From assembly GCA_964016885.1 (NCBI GenBank), contig OZ024740.1:242110001-242174000 (forward strand): DNA of 64,000 nt. Direction: 5' to 3'. This DNA is from Eledone cirrhosa. Its lineage: Eukaryota. Positions 34,121-49,867 of the stretch are shown in pieces. Position numbers and translations under genes: made by a program. The notes under the pieces are model-generated. The model ran no database searches, was not told the origin of the DNA, and was given only the letters and a program-made list of their open reading frames with translations. Numbering within the stretch: position 1 is the first letter of the stretch; every line of letters begins with the position of its first letter.

Positions 34121-34625
34121 TAGAACAAAATAAAATGTTTGTCCATCTGCGTTATGAGTAAAATTCCTAGGTTTTTGGCCGAAGCGAAAAGGTTGGTACC
34201 GGAGAATGTGTAACAGTATATGTCCCAGATTAACGGCGTACTCAATTCGAACACGGAGTTGGAAACGCTTATGTCATCAAAAACTAGAATATTCCAAACT
34301 ACATAATGCAAGGATGAAAATTATCGATGAAGAAAAGTCCTACACACACATCTGCTCTTTAAACGAACGTTTTGAGAAGAAAAGCCAATGCTAACACACA
34401 TATAGACACGAAAGAGTATGTGTTTGTGTTTGTTTGATGGTTTTAGAATTGCTACTGAATATTAACCCCTGTTAGGACCCTTTTCTTCCCCACTGAAGCA
34501 TGTTGTACCTTTCTATCATCGTCCCTCAAGATGACGAAGACATACACCAATATAGCAAGACAAAAACTTCATCACTAGGTCTTCAACATAAGCCACTGTA
34601 AAATACAGGCACACACACACATAAT

Positions 34626-34656
<31 letters not shown>

Positions 34657-36199
34657 ATATATATGTATGTGTGTGTGCGCGCGCGTATGTGTGTTTTTCT
34701 GTGTGTGTATGCATATTTACTGTATATGCACGTGTATGTGTGGGTATGTGTGTGTGCATGTATGTATGATGAAAGGAATTATAATTCTACCCAGATGTCG
34801 AAAAAGTGTGCTAACCATTCATGTCATTGGTGTATAATATTGGAAATTGAGAAAGAAATCTAAAACAAACCCCCCAGTATGAAACCTCGTTTCATCTATA
34901 CATTAATAGTCACCAATGACTGGGATTTACCATTGTTCTTGGTACTAGAATCGGAAAGCTTCTGTCAAATTAATTTATATACAAACTAAAGAGAGAAAGA
35001 GAAAAAATTATACGCATAGAATTTTTTTTTATGAAATATATTTTCAAAAAATGAAATTCACAAAGGATTTATGATTTAATTTCAAACGAGATGTAAACAT
35101 ATTTTGAAAGTACAGAGTTTTGGCACTGTGTATAATGTATTCTAGTTCGTTCTTACTTTCCACATGCAATATATTTTATTAGTAATCTGGAGTAAATTAA
35201 AGAGACAGTTGAGAAATGGAAGTCACGGGGAATACAACATTTGAGCATATGTTAAACTATATTAACACAAGGTTATTTTGTACCACTGAAACATTCAACA
35301 ATACAGCCTGGGAATGGTAGATGGAGCCACGAGTAAATGTTATAGCTGGGAAGTGAACGACCTTAAAATCTGGAAAACAAGGTATCCTAGGATACTGGTG
35401 ATAATCTGCGTTAACAACGGTTGCTAGAAGAATTTGGTTGGTTAAATTGTCATAAGGATTTAAGGACCTAACATTTTGGAATTTAGTCTTTCGTTTGAAA
35501 GAGACAATGAGAGAGAAAATGTTGTTGTCGCTTTGGTTGTAGTCAAGTAAAGGAAGGAGAGATGTCGAGTGAGACGGAAAGGCTGAGGGTGTAATGAGGT
35601 GAGGTCAGAAGTCTGGAGTATGAACTGAACGAAGAAAGGAGAATCTAGAAGTGGGAAGGCAGAAGTAGAAATTACCCTTGTCTCAAGCCAGATAGTAGAG
35701 GTAAATGGTGATCAGGTAAGTAAAGAAAGGTGGAGTCAAGGACTAACCATATTGAAAAATGTATCTAAAAACATTTAAGCCCTCTAGGGAAATGACTCAG
35801 GGATTTAATAGAAGTGAGGATTTGATGAGCAATTTATGAGACGATTTTCTTTGCTATAAAGTCATGGAACAAGAAAGAGTATTGTAATAACCATCACAAC
35901 CGGATTTTTAAACTTCAGTTTTAATTTCCAACGTAAACTGAAATCTGATGGCATGAACATTAAGCACTCTAACAATATCGACACTCTTTCGGGTGATAAA
36001 AAGCCTGAAACAAACGACACAGACAGTCGCGCTAAGCTGTTAACGCAAAAATACTGTTTACACAAAAATACTGAATTTATACTAGTTGAAAAAGTACAGG
36101 TATTATCTAAACGTGAAGCATGCGTAAGATGTATGACCTCAAATTCAGAGTAATAAATCCTACTAAGAGTAAACTTTGGAAGTAAAGAAAACACACACT

Positions 36200-36920
<721 letters not shown>

Positions 36921-37157
36921 CATGTAATACAGTACATACATACATACATACATACATACATACATACATACATACATACATACATACATACATACATACA
37001 TACATACATACAGAGGAAATGTATTGGAACATGTATTGTAATATGTAAATAAACAATGACCATAGTTAGCTGTAAAAAAAACAAATTGTCTGCTAAAAAG
37101 GAAGCAATGCTTCATTGAATTCCTAGATGTCTATCTAACTACCGAGCTAGCTCTCTT

Positions 37158-37197
<40 letters not shown>

Positions 37198-37269
37198 GAA
37201 GTTTCCGTTAGAAAATTGAAAAAAATCATAGGAGTGAAGAGTGCTCTATGTAAGTACCAGAGCAAAATT

Positions 37270-38007
37270 CAATGTATGATAAACAATACAATATAATTAC
37301 CTCATTACCAGAGGTTTCCCGAATAAGACGAATACGAAAAACGTCCTCATTCGTTCGTCGGACAAGGCAATTTAAAACATAGTGAAATATTTGAAAAGTC
37401 TCCTCAAGAAAGGCAAGAGTTTAACGGGCAAAAATAAATAAATAAAAGTAATGCAAGAGATATATAAAAAAATAAGGAAATATAGTTAGGGTATGTTTAT
37501 ATGTATGTATATACACTCACAAATGTACATATGTGTGTATGTACAAATGCATGTGTATGGTGAAAATGTGTGCGTAAGTACATATATGAGGGCAAGTATA
37601 TTTGTGTATATGTGACCACAAATACGTATATAATATGAGTTGAAAAAGAAATTGTAAGATAATATAGATAACACGCATGCAGATACAGGTATTAAATACA
37701 CATACGAGTATGAATGCACGCGTATAAACACACACACACGCGCGGTCACTTATATGCGGAAGATAAAGAGGGAAGGGAGTGCAATAGTAAAAAGAAGTGT
37801 CATTCTCGATATATGTATAAAAATGAAACAATATATGAGAATGAAAAAAAATTTTAAATCAAAGAGAAAGTAATCAATTAACACTAGAGAAAAGAAAACA
37901 GACATAGGTACGCACGTACACACACATATATATATATAAAAATATTTATACATACAAATACGTACAGACAAAAGCTCATGCATGTGTACATACATACACA
38001 CGAGGCA

Positions 38008-38042
<35 letters not shown>

Positions 38043-39915
38043 CTACATGTATATCTAATCACACGTACGTACGCGACTATATATATATATACATATATAC
38101 ATACACACCCATACATACGTATACATATACACACATATACATACACATACACATACATTCACATGCATACACACACACGTATAAATAAGTATGTAAAAAA
38201 CATAGATATAAAAAAAACATAGATATAAAAATACTCATACACACACATATATATATACGTACGCACGCACACATACGGAGGCTTCGTATACATATACAGA
38301 ACGTATACACACATATGCACAGTCACACGCATTATAAACCAGCCGTATGAATAAATGAGGACAAATATAAAATCGGCTGCGAAACAACAGAATATATCTG
38401 GAGTGGAAAACGCAAGTGACAAGTGATATCAAGTAGTGAAAGAAAATGGGGAAGTAAAATGTGGAATGTGAAGATATAAGGTAAGTGAATCGAAAAGTAG
38501 GGGAAGGGGGTTACTGGTGGATGTGAAGTAAAAATAAAAATTAAATTAAAAATAAAGTTAAACATGAAAGTAAATCAAAAAGAGAAGTCTGTAAAGAGGA
38601 TAATTTAAGGAAAGTGAAGAATAAGAGTTTATGGAGGATAAGTATCTGTAAGTGAGTTAAGTTTATATGAGCTGGAAAGCAAGTGTGATTTCATGTGTGG
38701 GCAACTGGTGAAAATTTCGGTTGTTGTATTTAGGCAGGTTTTTGGTGATTTAAGGTTCTGTAAAATTCAATATTTTTTCACTTATGCAGAGTGTGCATCT
38801 TCTTGTTCCTCTTGCATATTCTTTAGATTGGTTCAAAATTGACCAATCCAATTTATATTGGATACCTTGGTCTTTCAAATCCCATATTCTGCTAGCTAGA
38901 GCTGTTGTGAATCTTTTTTCTGGATGTTGGAAATATGCGACATGTGAGTAATAACGCATTTTGAATTTGTCTTGTGTCATACCCACATATCGTTCGCTGG
39001 TGGCTGGTAGGTTGTTGCTGATGGTTGTCACTTTAGCCGCATATACAATGGCTTTGGTGTTGCATTTACCTTGTAATGGGCATTCACTTTTGACTCTACA
39101 GGAGCAATTTTGATGTTCTCTGGGTGATTTCTTATTGGTGATATAAGATTTAATAAGGGGACTGCAGAAGTAGCTAGTCTTGACACAGTTTCTATTGAAG
39201 ATCTTATAGTATCTATGTGTTCTAGGGAAATATTTATCTAAGAGCTCTAGGAATGTTTTGCCTATATGAGTTTTAACTGCTAGAGAGTAGGGGGGGGGGG
39301 GGGGCTAGATTATTTTTCTTTTCCTATTATTAAAAGAGTTAGTATTGTTGGGTATGTACTTAATCGGTTCGCTAAATCCGCTATTTTGAAGGGCTTTATT
39401 ATAGTAGGGGATGCCTTATTGAAAATAGCTTCTGAGGAAGAGAGGGTAGAGATCCTACGGCTAATATTAGGGATAAGGTTTTTTAAAAACTATAGGAGGA
39501 TGGCAAGAGCCTTTATTTATATATTTTAAATTTTCATTAGGTTTATGGTACGGTTTATGGTACGGTTTTTATGGTACGGTTTTTTATATATATGTGTGTG
39601 TGTGTACGTGCGTACCTACATTTTCACCATACACATGCATTTGTACATACACACATATGTACATTTGTGAGTGTATATACATACATATACACATACCCTA
39701 ACTATATTTCCTTATTTTATTCATATATCTCTTGCATTACTTTTATTTATATATTTTTTGCCCGTTAAACTCTTGCCTTTCCTGAGGAGACTTTTCAAAT
39801 ATTTTACTATGTTTTAAATTGCCTTGTCCGATGAACGAATGAGGACGTTTTTCGTATTCGTCTTATTCGGGAAACCTCTGGTAATGAGGTAATTATATTG
39901 TATTGTTTATTATAC

Positions 39916-39920
<5 letters not shown>
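37270..39920 (-). mobile_element. 5'-truncated Penelope-like element with inverted pseudo-LTR
   Basis: GIY-YIG region AIVYAAKV..RYVGMTQDKFKMRYYSH..CTLCISEK (38690-39110); 37270-37560 inverted at 39630-39920; hammerheads 37300-37367 (-) and 39822-39889 (+). Confidence 0.85.
39822..39889 (+). ncRNA. Type I hammerhead with CCGATGA (U4C) core; inverted twin at 37300-37367
   Basis: CCTTGT-CCGATGA-ACGAATGAGGACG..CGTCTTATTCGG-GAAAC-CTCTG-GTA-ATGAGG. Confidence 0.65.
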
Positions 39921-40009
<89 letters not shown>

Positions 40010-40010
<1 letters not shown>

Positions 40011-42245
40011 TCAGTAGTTAAGCAAATCAGGACCACAAGCTCACATAGAAGACATTAGTCGAAAAGTATCAACATTAAGTGCAGTTTAATATAAAATAGG
40101 GGGTAATAATGTCAGTTTACAATTGTTTCACTACTCCATATAATGTTTTTGGATCAATCAATGGTAATATCGTTATTGATTTGGTGCAGAGAAAGATAAT
40201 TAACATAGAATAATATTATGGAGCAGCTCCTTAGTACTTAAAGTTAAATAATGAAAATATTAATATGTATAAAGTATAAATATAATTGTTTCTACTTTTG
40301 GCACAAGGCCATCAAATCACCAGTACATTACTGGTACTTTATTTTATCGACCCCGTAAGGATGAAAGGCAAAGTTAACCTCGGCGGGATTTGAACTCAGA
40401 CCGCAAAGGGACGTAACTCTGCTGGAAAGCATGGCGTCCGATCCTCTACCGATACTGCCAATCCAGAAATATAATAAAATAAAATAATAGGGTTACGTTT
40501 CCGTAAATAATCGTCGGATTAGCAGGTCCCTAGATGGAGTCCCTTGGCACTGGAAGATTCAAGTGTATGTTATAAAGAACTACTAGATATCTGTCGAGGC
40601 TGAAAGTAAACAATGCCGCCAAACGCACAACAAGATGGCTTCTTGCAGGGAAACTACCTTATTGTACAGAGATAGTTTCGAGGGAGGCAACTCCTTGAAG
40701 ATCCAAATGCGACAATGAGATTTGTAACTAAGATAATGTCAAAGAGGTAGTTGATAGGTAAAGTTATAATGAGATATGTGACTAAGATAATGAAGGGAGG
40801 TAACTTATAGGTGTTTACGTAGTGGACTAAATATGTTTTAGTTTTTTAGTTATAGGTTAAGGTGGGTCAAATATTCTGTTAGCGAAGGAGCTCGCTCTGC
40901 GGTTGTGGCAGTTGATCACTAACTCATTCCTATCTTTTATGGGAGGTGGTGGCCTTGACAGAGTTATGTAATAGGCCTCGGTGAGACAGAGATTGCAACA
41001 ATTTATTCTCCCGTTAAACGCTGGAGATCTAGCCTAGATAGCCCAAGTTAGTGAGTGTTCAATGTTGGCCAGTTTAAGGTTTTTAACGAGTCTAGCTAGA
41101 GAAGTAGACCATCTATGGCCAGGGTCGCGGAAGGAAAATGAGTGCGCGTTATATCGAACCTTAAAAGGGTTAAATGTAGAGTCAATATATGAGCTAGTAG
41201 ATGAGGCCGTTCTAATGGTGCACCTATATACGATATTGGGTGTAAGGCACTGCCCGTTAAGCGGGCATGCAGTGGGGTTACGGCAGTTGCAATTGGGATT
41301 GCGATTAGTGGGAACAGGGTTGTTTAGGCTGTGCTGCTGGTGTGTACTAATGGGATTGGAGGGGGGTTTCTGCTACTATGATGAGTATTGATGTGGTTGC
41401 ATGGTGCACTTATATGGGGTGGTTGTGCCGCAAGGGGGGAGTTATATTTTTTTAGTTTTTGATTGTTGCTAAATGCGATGTGGCTAGCTAAGTTCGGTGT
41501 GGTGGAGAAGGATATTTTAATGTTGTTTTTATTAAAGAGTTTGTAATATCTATTATTGGGGGGGGGGGGGGGGTTAGACAGGATGGAGAAGAAGCGTTTA
41601 GGGATGTTAGTAGCTACATTGGATGAGAACGGGGGGTTAAGTCAGGTGATTTTTATAGGCCTGTTACTTCTGCGGGGTCTAGCAGAATCAGCAGCGGCAT
41701 TAGTAGGGCTATTATTGCCAATGTGCTTTCTAATGGTCAGCCTATTATTCTTTCCTATTCTAGGGTTGATTCTGAGTCTGCTACTAGGAGTAGGGAGTAG
41801 GCCTCTGCCACTGTTACGATTACTTGTATAGGTATTGGTAGCCCTAAATTTCCGGCAAATATGGCTAAATGCTAATGTGTTTCTAGTTCTATTATTAAAG
41901 TAATTGGAGTTGTGGTGAAGTTCTGTGTATGGCCTTTAGGTATGTAGTAGATAGATTGTTTATAACCAAACTCAGACAGTGCCTTATTATAATATGCTGC
42001 ATGGGCATTAAATATCTCCTTGTTGGCGGATAGCATTGAAATCCTATATGAGATAGAATTAATGACCGCTCTGATGATTGCCGGTGGGTGGTTAGAGTGC
42101 GGGCTAATATAAGTGAGTATCTCACCTGGTTTATGATAAGGGTAATATGACTTGTTAGTAAGATCAAGAGTGACATCTAGGAAATTCACTACGTTATGGT
42201 TAGGTTCGATGGTAATAGATAGACCGTTATTTTTAAAGAATCTAT
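40010..42245 (-). mobile_element. 5'-truncated Penelope-like element (RT thumb + GIY-YIG), decayed
   Basis: NFLDVTLDL..YHKPG..SNHPP; CNCRNPTACPLNGQCLTPNIVY; CNLCLTE; degenerate hammerhead at 40114-40238 (CTAAGGA..GAAAC-AATT-GTA). Confidence 0.85.
40287..40466 (-). mobile_element. tRNA-derived SINE with 9-bp TSD AAATATAAT
   Basis: Reverse complement of 27431-27617; TSD at 40278-40286 and 40467-40475. Confidence 0.88.
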
Positions 42246-42344
42246 GTAGTTGTTTTTTGAGCGGTTTTATTATATATTCTTATATATATATTATCCTTAT
42301 CGAGCCCTCTTCGGATTTTAGTCTTCACATTTATTAATATTACT

Positions 42345-42842
<498 letters not shown>

Positions 42843-43244
42843 GTGAGTGGAGAGAGAGGAAGAAAGAAAAAGGGAAGAAGCAAAAAAGTAAAGAAGAAAA
42901 AAAAGGGAAAATAGGAAAAACATACCGATGGAACGGGGAACACAGGACAATGGCACATTTATGTAAGTAACCGAAGTTATACCAAGCTGATGGGTATAAG
43001 CCCGGTGGCCGTAATAACAGGGGATGTAGGCTTTCCCGTGGCAATTCCCAGTAAAGTGAGTGTAGAGAGAGAGAAAAAGACGGAGAAACCGGAAGTGAGA
43101 GTGGGGTAGAGGTAAAAGGAGGTGGGTAAGAGGGATAGAGAGAGAGGGAGGAGAAGGTAAAGTGAGTTAATCCAAAAGAGGTTTACGATACACGTGCGAC
43201 CGAAAACAAGCAAAAAGGAGAGGGATGAAGAGAGAGAGAGATAG

Positions 43245-43298
<54 letters not shown>

Positions 43299-44289
43299 TG
43301 AGAGAGAGCCAGAGGGAGAGAGGAAGAGAGCGAGAAAAGGAGGGAGTCGATTCAAGAGTGTGGTGGTGGGACATAAGTCCGGCCAGCGACTATAAATCAA
43401 GCAACACAGGTAGAGAGGTCACAGCAGTAAATACAATAATACGGGTTAGGAGGCGAGGCCATGTGATTACTGAAATCGAAGCGTTGGAAGGTAATCAGGC
43501 CACAAACAAGAGGAGAAAAGTTTCCCTTCATCAGCTGTTTACTATGGATCTTGGATGTTTCGTTGCTTAAAACAGAACAGCGAACGGTAGCGCACCAATG
43601 GCCTTTTATCCATCAAAAGGCCATGGGGGAAAGAAGAGAGGAAGAAAGAAAAGGGGAAGTGGAGAGAGAGGAAGAAAGAAAAAGGGAAGAAGAAAAAAAG
43701 CGAAGAAGAAAATAAAAAGGAAAAAAACCGATGGAAGGGGGAATGGCATATGTATGTAAGTAACTGAAGAGAAAATAGATCATGTTATACCAAGCCGATG
43801 GGTATAAGCCCGGTGGCTGTAATAACAGAGGAGGTAGGTTTTTTCGGTGGCAATTCTCAGTAAAGTGAGTTTAGAGAGAGAGAAAGACGAAGAAACCGGA
43901 AGTGAGAGTGCGGTAGAGGACAAAGGGGGTGAGTAAGATGGATAGAGAGAGAGGGGAGGAGAAGGGAAAGGGAGTTAATCCAAACGGAGTTTACGACGCA
44001 CGTGCGACCGAAAACAAGAAAATGGATAGGGAGGAAGAGGGATCGAGTGAGAGAGAGAGAGGGGAAGAGAAAGAAAGGGAGAGAAAAGAAGGGAGTCGAT
44101 CCGCGAGCGTGGTGGGACACAAGTCGGGCTAGGGACGACAAATCGACAAATCGACAAATCGAGCAAGACAGCGCCGAAACATCTCAGATCTGTAGTAATC
44201 AGCTGATGAAGGGAAACTTTTCTCCTCTTGTTTGTGTCCAACACTTCGTTTTCAATAACCACATAGCCTCGCCTCCTAACCTGTATTTT

Positions 44290-44292
<3 letters not shown>
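42843..44292. mobile_element. GA-rich non-coding repeat with tandem and inverted segments, probably a PLE pseudo-LTR
   Basis: 42843-43385 repeated at ~43655-44130; 43435-43562 inverted at 44175-44290. Confidence 0.55.
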
Positions 44293-44329
<37 letters not shown>

Positions 44330-44409
44330 AAAGTTCTATTTAAAGTTGTTGGGATACAAGTAAATATTTTTATAACTGATATAAAGCACTCGACAAGTTT
44401 TTGGAGTAG

Positions 44410-44740
44410 ATATACGATATTAATAAATGGAAACTATATTTATAAAACCATATTTATTTCATTATACATATTTCAGGGATACCACATTAAATTATGGTAT
44501 GCCTTCATCAGACAAAATACAATATATAACAGTTTTACAAATAGCTTTGACGTACCGTTTTAAAATACAACCATTACTTTTGTATCTTAAAAGGGTACGT
44601 CAAAGCTATTTGTAAAACTGTTATATATTGTATTTTGTCTGATGAAGGCATACCATAATTTAATGTGGTATCCCTGAAATATGTATAATGAAATAAATAT
44701 GGTTTTATAAATATAGTTTCCATTTATTAATATCGTATAT
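44410..44740. mobile_element. Near-perfect ~330-bp palindrome carrying two outward-facing hammerheads
   Basis: Arms 44410-44562 / 44587-44740 with ~25-bp spacer. Confidence 0.9.
44633..44693 (+). ncRNA. Type I minimal hammerhead; identical twin at 44457-44517 (-)
   Basis: TTTTGT-CTGATGA-AGGCATACCATA..TGTGGTATCCCT-GAAAT-ATGT-ATA-ATGAAA. Confidence 0.75.
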
Positions 44741-45029
44741 ATATATACATACATACACGTATATACGCGAAAACGCACACGTTACATATACATACATACG
44801 TGCAAACACACATATATACACATACAACATATATACAAATAACCCATACATACATATATGTTTATATATATATATAATTATATACACACATATACACACA
44901 CACATATATATATATACATACATACGCATCTACACATGCACATACACAACATACACATACACACATACCCATACATACACACACACATATATATATATAT
45001 ACATATATACATATATATGTATATATGTA

Positions 45030-45129
<100 letters not shown>

Positions 45130-45135
45130 AGCATA

Positions 45136-45167
<32 letters not shown>

Positions 45168-45374
45168 CATATATATACGCATACATACATACACATATAT
45201 ACATACAAATAGAATATACACACATACAGCATATATACGTACGAGAAAGTATACGTACCTGCACGAAGATATAGACAAGGTATACTTACCTATACAAATA
45301 GGTAACGGTATAAACATAAAATATACTTAGCTAACACATCATGACGTAAATTATCCGCGTATTGTTCGTACTAT

Positions 45375-47465
45375 CCGTTAGGTTATAATGTGGGGCTGTA
45401 ATAAAGGATGGTTTTATGCAATTTGTGTTTACAAACCGAAATTGCCTCAGATTTTTTGTTTAAGAATTAATCATTGGTGTAGAGTATTTCCAGAGCTTCA
45501 GCAGCACAAAGATCGCATGGTCTTTTGTTTCCGTAATATGATCTATCTTAGCTAGGATCTCCCAGTGTAACCTATATTGGGTGTGGTTGTCTTTTAGACT
45601 CAAGATATAAGCCGAAAGTGACGTCATGTTCCTTCTTAAAGGGTTAAGAAAAGAATGGGTGTGCCTGTAAAGACGCTGCTTCAACCTATTGGCTCTTATG
45701 TAGGCCCTACTAGACGTGGGTGTGTCGACCTAACATTTGTATACAATATTACTAGATAGGCATTTCCCGGATAGAGGGCAGTCTTCCGATTCCTACAATT
45801 ACAGTTAGTACTAGCTACAGGGTTGTTATTGTTACGGCTAGGTAATTTGGCTGAATTTGATTAGTGATGTTATGTGCGAAGTTAGGAGTCGTATAGTAAG
45901 ATATTTTAACAGTATTGCTATTAAGAATGTTATTATATTTATGTGCTGAGGGGAAATGCTTCTTAATTAGAGAAAGAAAGATTTTAGCTAATGGCCACCT
46001 CCTTATTGTATGGTGGGTTGTACCATATAATGCATTGGGATCTTTTTGCTAGGTTTATGCTCGTAATTAGTATATTCTACTTTATCAACAAATCCATCCC
46101 GAGCTAGAGCTTCATTGTAATATGTGGAATGATCGGTGAATATATGCTCGTTTGTTGATAGGCGCGAAAGCCTCAATGAAATGTTTCTAACAAGATTCAT
46201 GGTTATGCTGTCTGGATGGTTAGAATGGTTACTTATGTAATTAAGCGTATCATTCGGCTTTCTATACGGGTAGTGCAAGCCACTCGACAAGTTTAGTGTA
46301 ACGTCGAGGTAGTTGACAGCAGAAAGTTTGGACTCAACTTGTATGGAGAGGTTGAAGCCTTTAAAGAAAGCTATGAGTTCTTTCCTAAACCTGTCGCAAG
46401 CGCGGGGACCGCACTTGGTCATGGTCAAAAGACCGTCATCACGGTACAGGCCTCCGCCTACATTAGGGAATTCTTCCTTGATAGAGAAGAGTAGGAAAAG
46501 GCCGATGAGATCTGTAACCTCCGCCGAATCGCTGGCGCCCATACTCATGTCGAATGGGGTACTATTAGCTCTTTTTATCCAAATAGAGTCGTCAAAATTA
46601 ATCACTGACTTACAGGCGTTTAAGGTGACGTCAATGTCGATATCCTTAACCACCGTGAGCGTTTTCACGAAATTGATAGCTCTAAGAAGAAGTGGTAAAG
46701 TGATGGAAGAGTAGTAGTTATTGATGTCAAATTGGATAAAATGGCAACGTTCCTGGTTGCTATTGAACCAATCGATCACTGCGAAAGAATTATTCCACAG
46801 GTCTAGAGGATCCAAGCTTCTAATTTCGGGTATTATCCTATCTAAAATTATTTTACTAAGTCTACCTAAATCAGAATTCGTAGCGTTAATGAGCTGAATA
46901 GATGGGTTGTTAGCGAAATTGGGTTTGTATCCTTCAGGGTAAAATGGGGAGAAATAGGGACCAGAGGTTCGGTCCGGTCCTGGATGTTGAGTTCTGAAGT
47001 GATTTAAAACCCAGCATCGTTGATGTCATTAATAACACTCCGATCGGTTTTCCGGTAATCCTTGGTTACAGCATTATGTAGCAGTTGATGGTACGTACTA
47101 CGCTCCACTTGGTATAGATTACTAGTTTTGTCCGAGTGGACGTGCATGGCATTAGAATCCTTTATAGAACGAATTCTATTCTTCAGGTCATGTTGGAAGA
47201 AATTGCTCCAGTTCCGAAATTTGATACTCTGTATGAGTTCCAAAACATCGTTTTCGAAAGGTAACAAAGCTGGGTTACTAGGAGGGTTATTATAAGTTGT
47301 TTTAAACCCAAATTTATCCTGTTTACTGTCCGCTTTATCCTGGTCGTCGAAATAAAAGGCGCGCCAACGCAACCTTTTAAGGAACGAATCCGTTTTTTTA
47401 ATAAGTAATTTTAAATACCTCTTCCTGCTAGGTACGGGTATGTTCTTCGTAGAAATATTCAGGTG
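45375..47465 (-). pseudogene. Near-complete Penelope-like ORF (RT + C-terminal GIY-YIG; possibly Nematis-like), frameshifted
   Basis: STKNIPVPS..FLKRLRWRA, SDKTSNLY, FIQFDINNYYSSI, FDMSMGASDSAEV, GLYRDDGL, NYLDVTL, SNHP, CPLSGKCL..IVYKC. Confidence 0.9.
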
Positions 47466-47519
47466 TTGTTTCTGAGTTTTGATTTAAAGGCTAAAGAGTG
47501 CTCAACCAGAGGAGCCAAA

Positions 47520-47821
47520 TAGTAATAATAATAAATGTGAAGACTAAAATCCGAAGAGAACTCGATAAGGATAATATATTTATAAGAATATATAAAAACC
47601 GTAGAGCAATTATTTATCAAAATAGCGGATTAAGCAAAGAATCGGTGCTTTCACCCTTAACGGGATCTTTTGAAACTAAAAAAGAAAATCAATCTATGGA
47701 CGCAGAAGTAAATATTTCGAAAAACGTTGCAGCTGAAGGAAAACAGGAAGACGATACTTTGGTTCGTGAAGACGTTCCCTGGCAATGAACGGGGATGAAA
47801 GCGAGGATAATTACGCCGTTG

Positions 47822-47908
<87 letters not shown>

Positions 47909-49695
47909 ATAATAATAAAATTGAAGACTAAAATCCAAAGAGGGCTCGATAAGGAAAATATATATCAAATATATAAGAACCGTAGAGCAAATATTTATTA
48001 AAATAACAGATTAAAGTTTAAGCAAAGAATCGCTGCTTTCACCCTTAACGGGATCTTCTGAAACTAACAAAGTCAATCTGTAAACGCAGAACTGCATATT
48101 TCAAAAAACGTTGCAACCGGAGGAAGACAGGAAGACGATACTTTGGTTCGTGGTAACGTTCGCTGGCAAAGAACGGGAAAAAACGAATAATACGTCATTA
48201 ATAGGAGCGGTGAAAAACAATTACGCGCAAAGACAAAACCACGTTTATGGTATAAAAGAGGTCGTAGACTAATGTTCTCTTAGGTGGTGCATAGAGACGT
48301 TCTCTGGCAATGAACGAAAAAACGAAGATAATAAGTCATATGTGGAGCGTGGAGAACAATAGCACGCAAATACAAAACCACGTAAATGGTATAGCAGAAA
48401 TCGTAGACTAAAATTCTAACTAGGAGACCAAAGAACAAAGTAAATAAATACAATACAGAAGTAATAGGAACAAATAAATACATACACCCAATATAAGTTA
48501 CACTGGAAGATCCTAGCTAGGGCTAGATCGGATAACGGAAATAAAAGACCATGTGACCTCTGCGCCGCTGAGGCCCTGGAAATACTCTACGCTACAGGCC
48601 ACATCTAAACAAAAAATCTGAGGCAATTTCGGCTTGTAAACATAAATTGCACAAAACTTTCCTGTATTACAGCCCCACGTTATACCCTAACGGATAGCAC
48701 GATCTATACGTGGATATTTTACGTCTTGATGTGGGAGCTAAGTATATGTTTTGTTTATTCCTTTACGTATTTGCATAGGTAAGTATATATTACCCGTATG
48801 TTTTGTGAAGGTATGTATACCTTCTCGTACGTATATTTGACTGTTATAGCGTATAATTTTTACATATTCTGGTATTTAGGGTTTGGCTATGTGTATACGG
48901 GAGTTTTGCGTCCGCGTGAGTGTGCAGGTTCGTACGTGTGGTGGGTGTGTGTATATGTGTACTTCTTGTTTTAGTTGACTTACGTCTCCGAACATTCGTG
49001 TATTTATATGTAGGTATGCGTGTGCGCTTGTTATATACGTATTTATTTACTTATATACGTTTATATAATTATTTATTTATTTGTACACAAGCATACACAC
49101 ACACACATATTTATATGTGCGTGGTTTTGTATACCCATGGTAAGGTTTTGCGTATGCTTGTGTATGTACGTATCTGTTTGCGTGTATGTATTTATTTGTT
49201 TCTATTACTTCTGTATTGTATTTATTTACTTTGTTCTTAACTCTGTAGCGGAGATTCATTTGGTCTCCTAGTTAGAATTTTAGTCTACGATTTCTGCTAT
49301 ACCATTTACGTGGTTTTGTATTTGCGTGCTATTGTTCTCCACGCTCCACATATGACTTATTATCTTCGTTTTTTCGTTCATTGCCAGAGAACGTCTCTAT
49401 GCACCACCTAAGAGAACATTTGTCTACGACCTCTTTTATACCATAAACGTGGTTTTGTCTTTGCGCGTAATTGTTTTTCACCGCTCCTATTAATGACGTA
49501 TTATTCGTTTTTTCCCGTTCTTTGCCAGCGAACGTTACCACGAACCAAAGTATCGTCTTCCTGTCTTCCTCGGGTTGCAACGTTTTTTGAAATATGCAGT
49601 TCTGCGTTTACAGATTGACTTTGTTAGTTTCAGAAGATCCCGTTAAGGGTGAAAACAGCGATTCTTTGCTTAAACTTTAATCTGTTATTTTAATA
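47520..49695. mobile_element. PLE family H pseudo-LTRs: 47520-47815 (-), then head-to-head pair 47905-48485 (-) / 48485-49695 (+, starts in GIY-YIG C-terminus)
   Basis: Long inverted arms; 48487-48700 matches 59845-60070. Confidence 0.85.
48015..48065 (-). ncRNA. Hammerhead-like fold with CAGAAGA core (family H); also 42596-42646 -, 47632-47677 -, 49626-49676 +, 61046-61096 +
   Basis: AGTTT-CAGAAGA-TCCC-GTTAA-GGGT-GAA-AGCA-GCGATTCTT-TGCT-T-AAACT. Confidence 0.65.
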
Positions 49696-49696
49696 A

Positions 49697-49867
<171 letters not shown>

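Noticed and set aside
34509-34595. Possible 87-bp host exon on - (TTTTACAG ... AAG|GTAC)
   Set aside because: Stops in all three frames; no partner exons or expression evidence
35300-36190. Short ORFs or possible TE remnant
   Set aside because: No recognisable motif; cannot be assigned without a database search
42975-43030. GGGTATAAGCCCGG as a twister ribozyme P4/L4
   Set aside because: Pseudoknot partners are not conserved between the two copies; better explained by a simple TTATACC/GGTATAA hairpin
44176-44235. CTGATGA-AGG-GAAAC motif (also 43505-43562 on -) as a hammerhead
   Set aside because: No stem II between the core boxes, and no consistent stem III/NUH/stem I could be built
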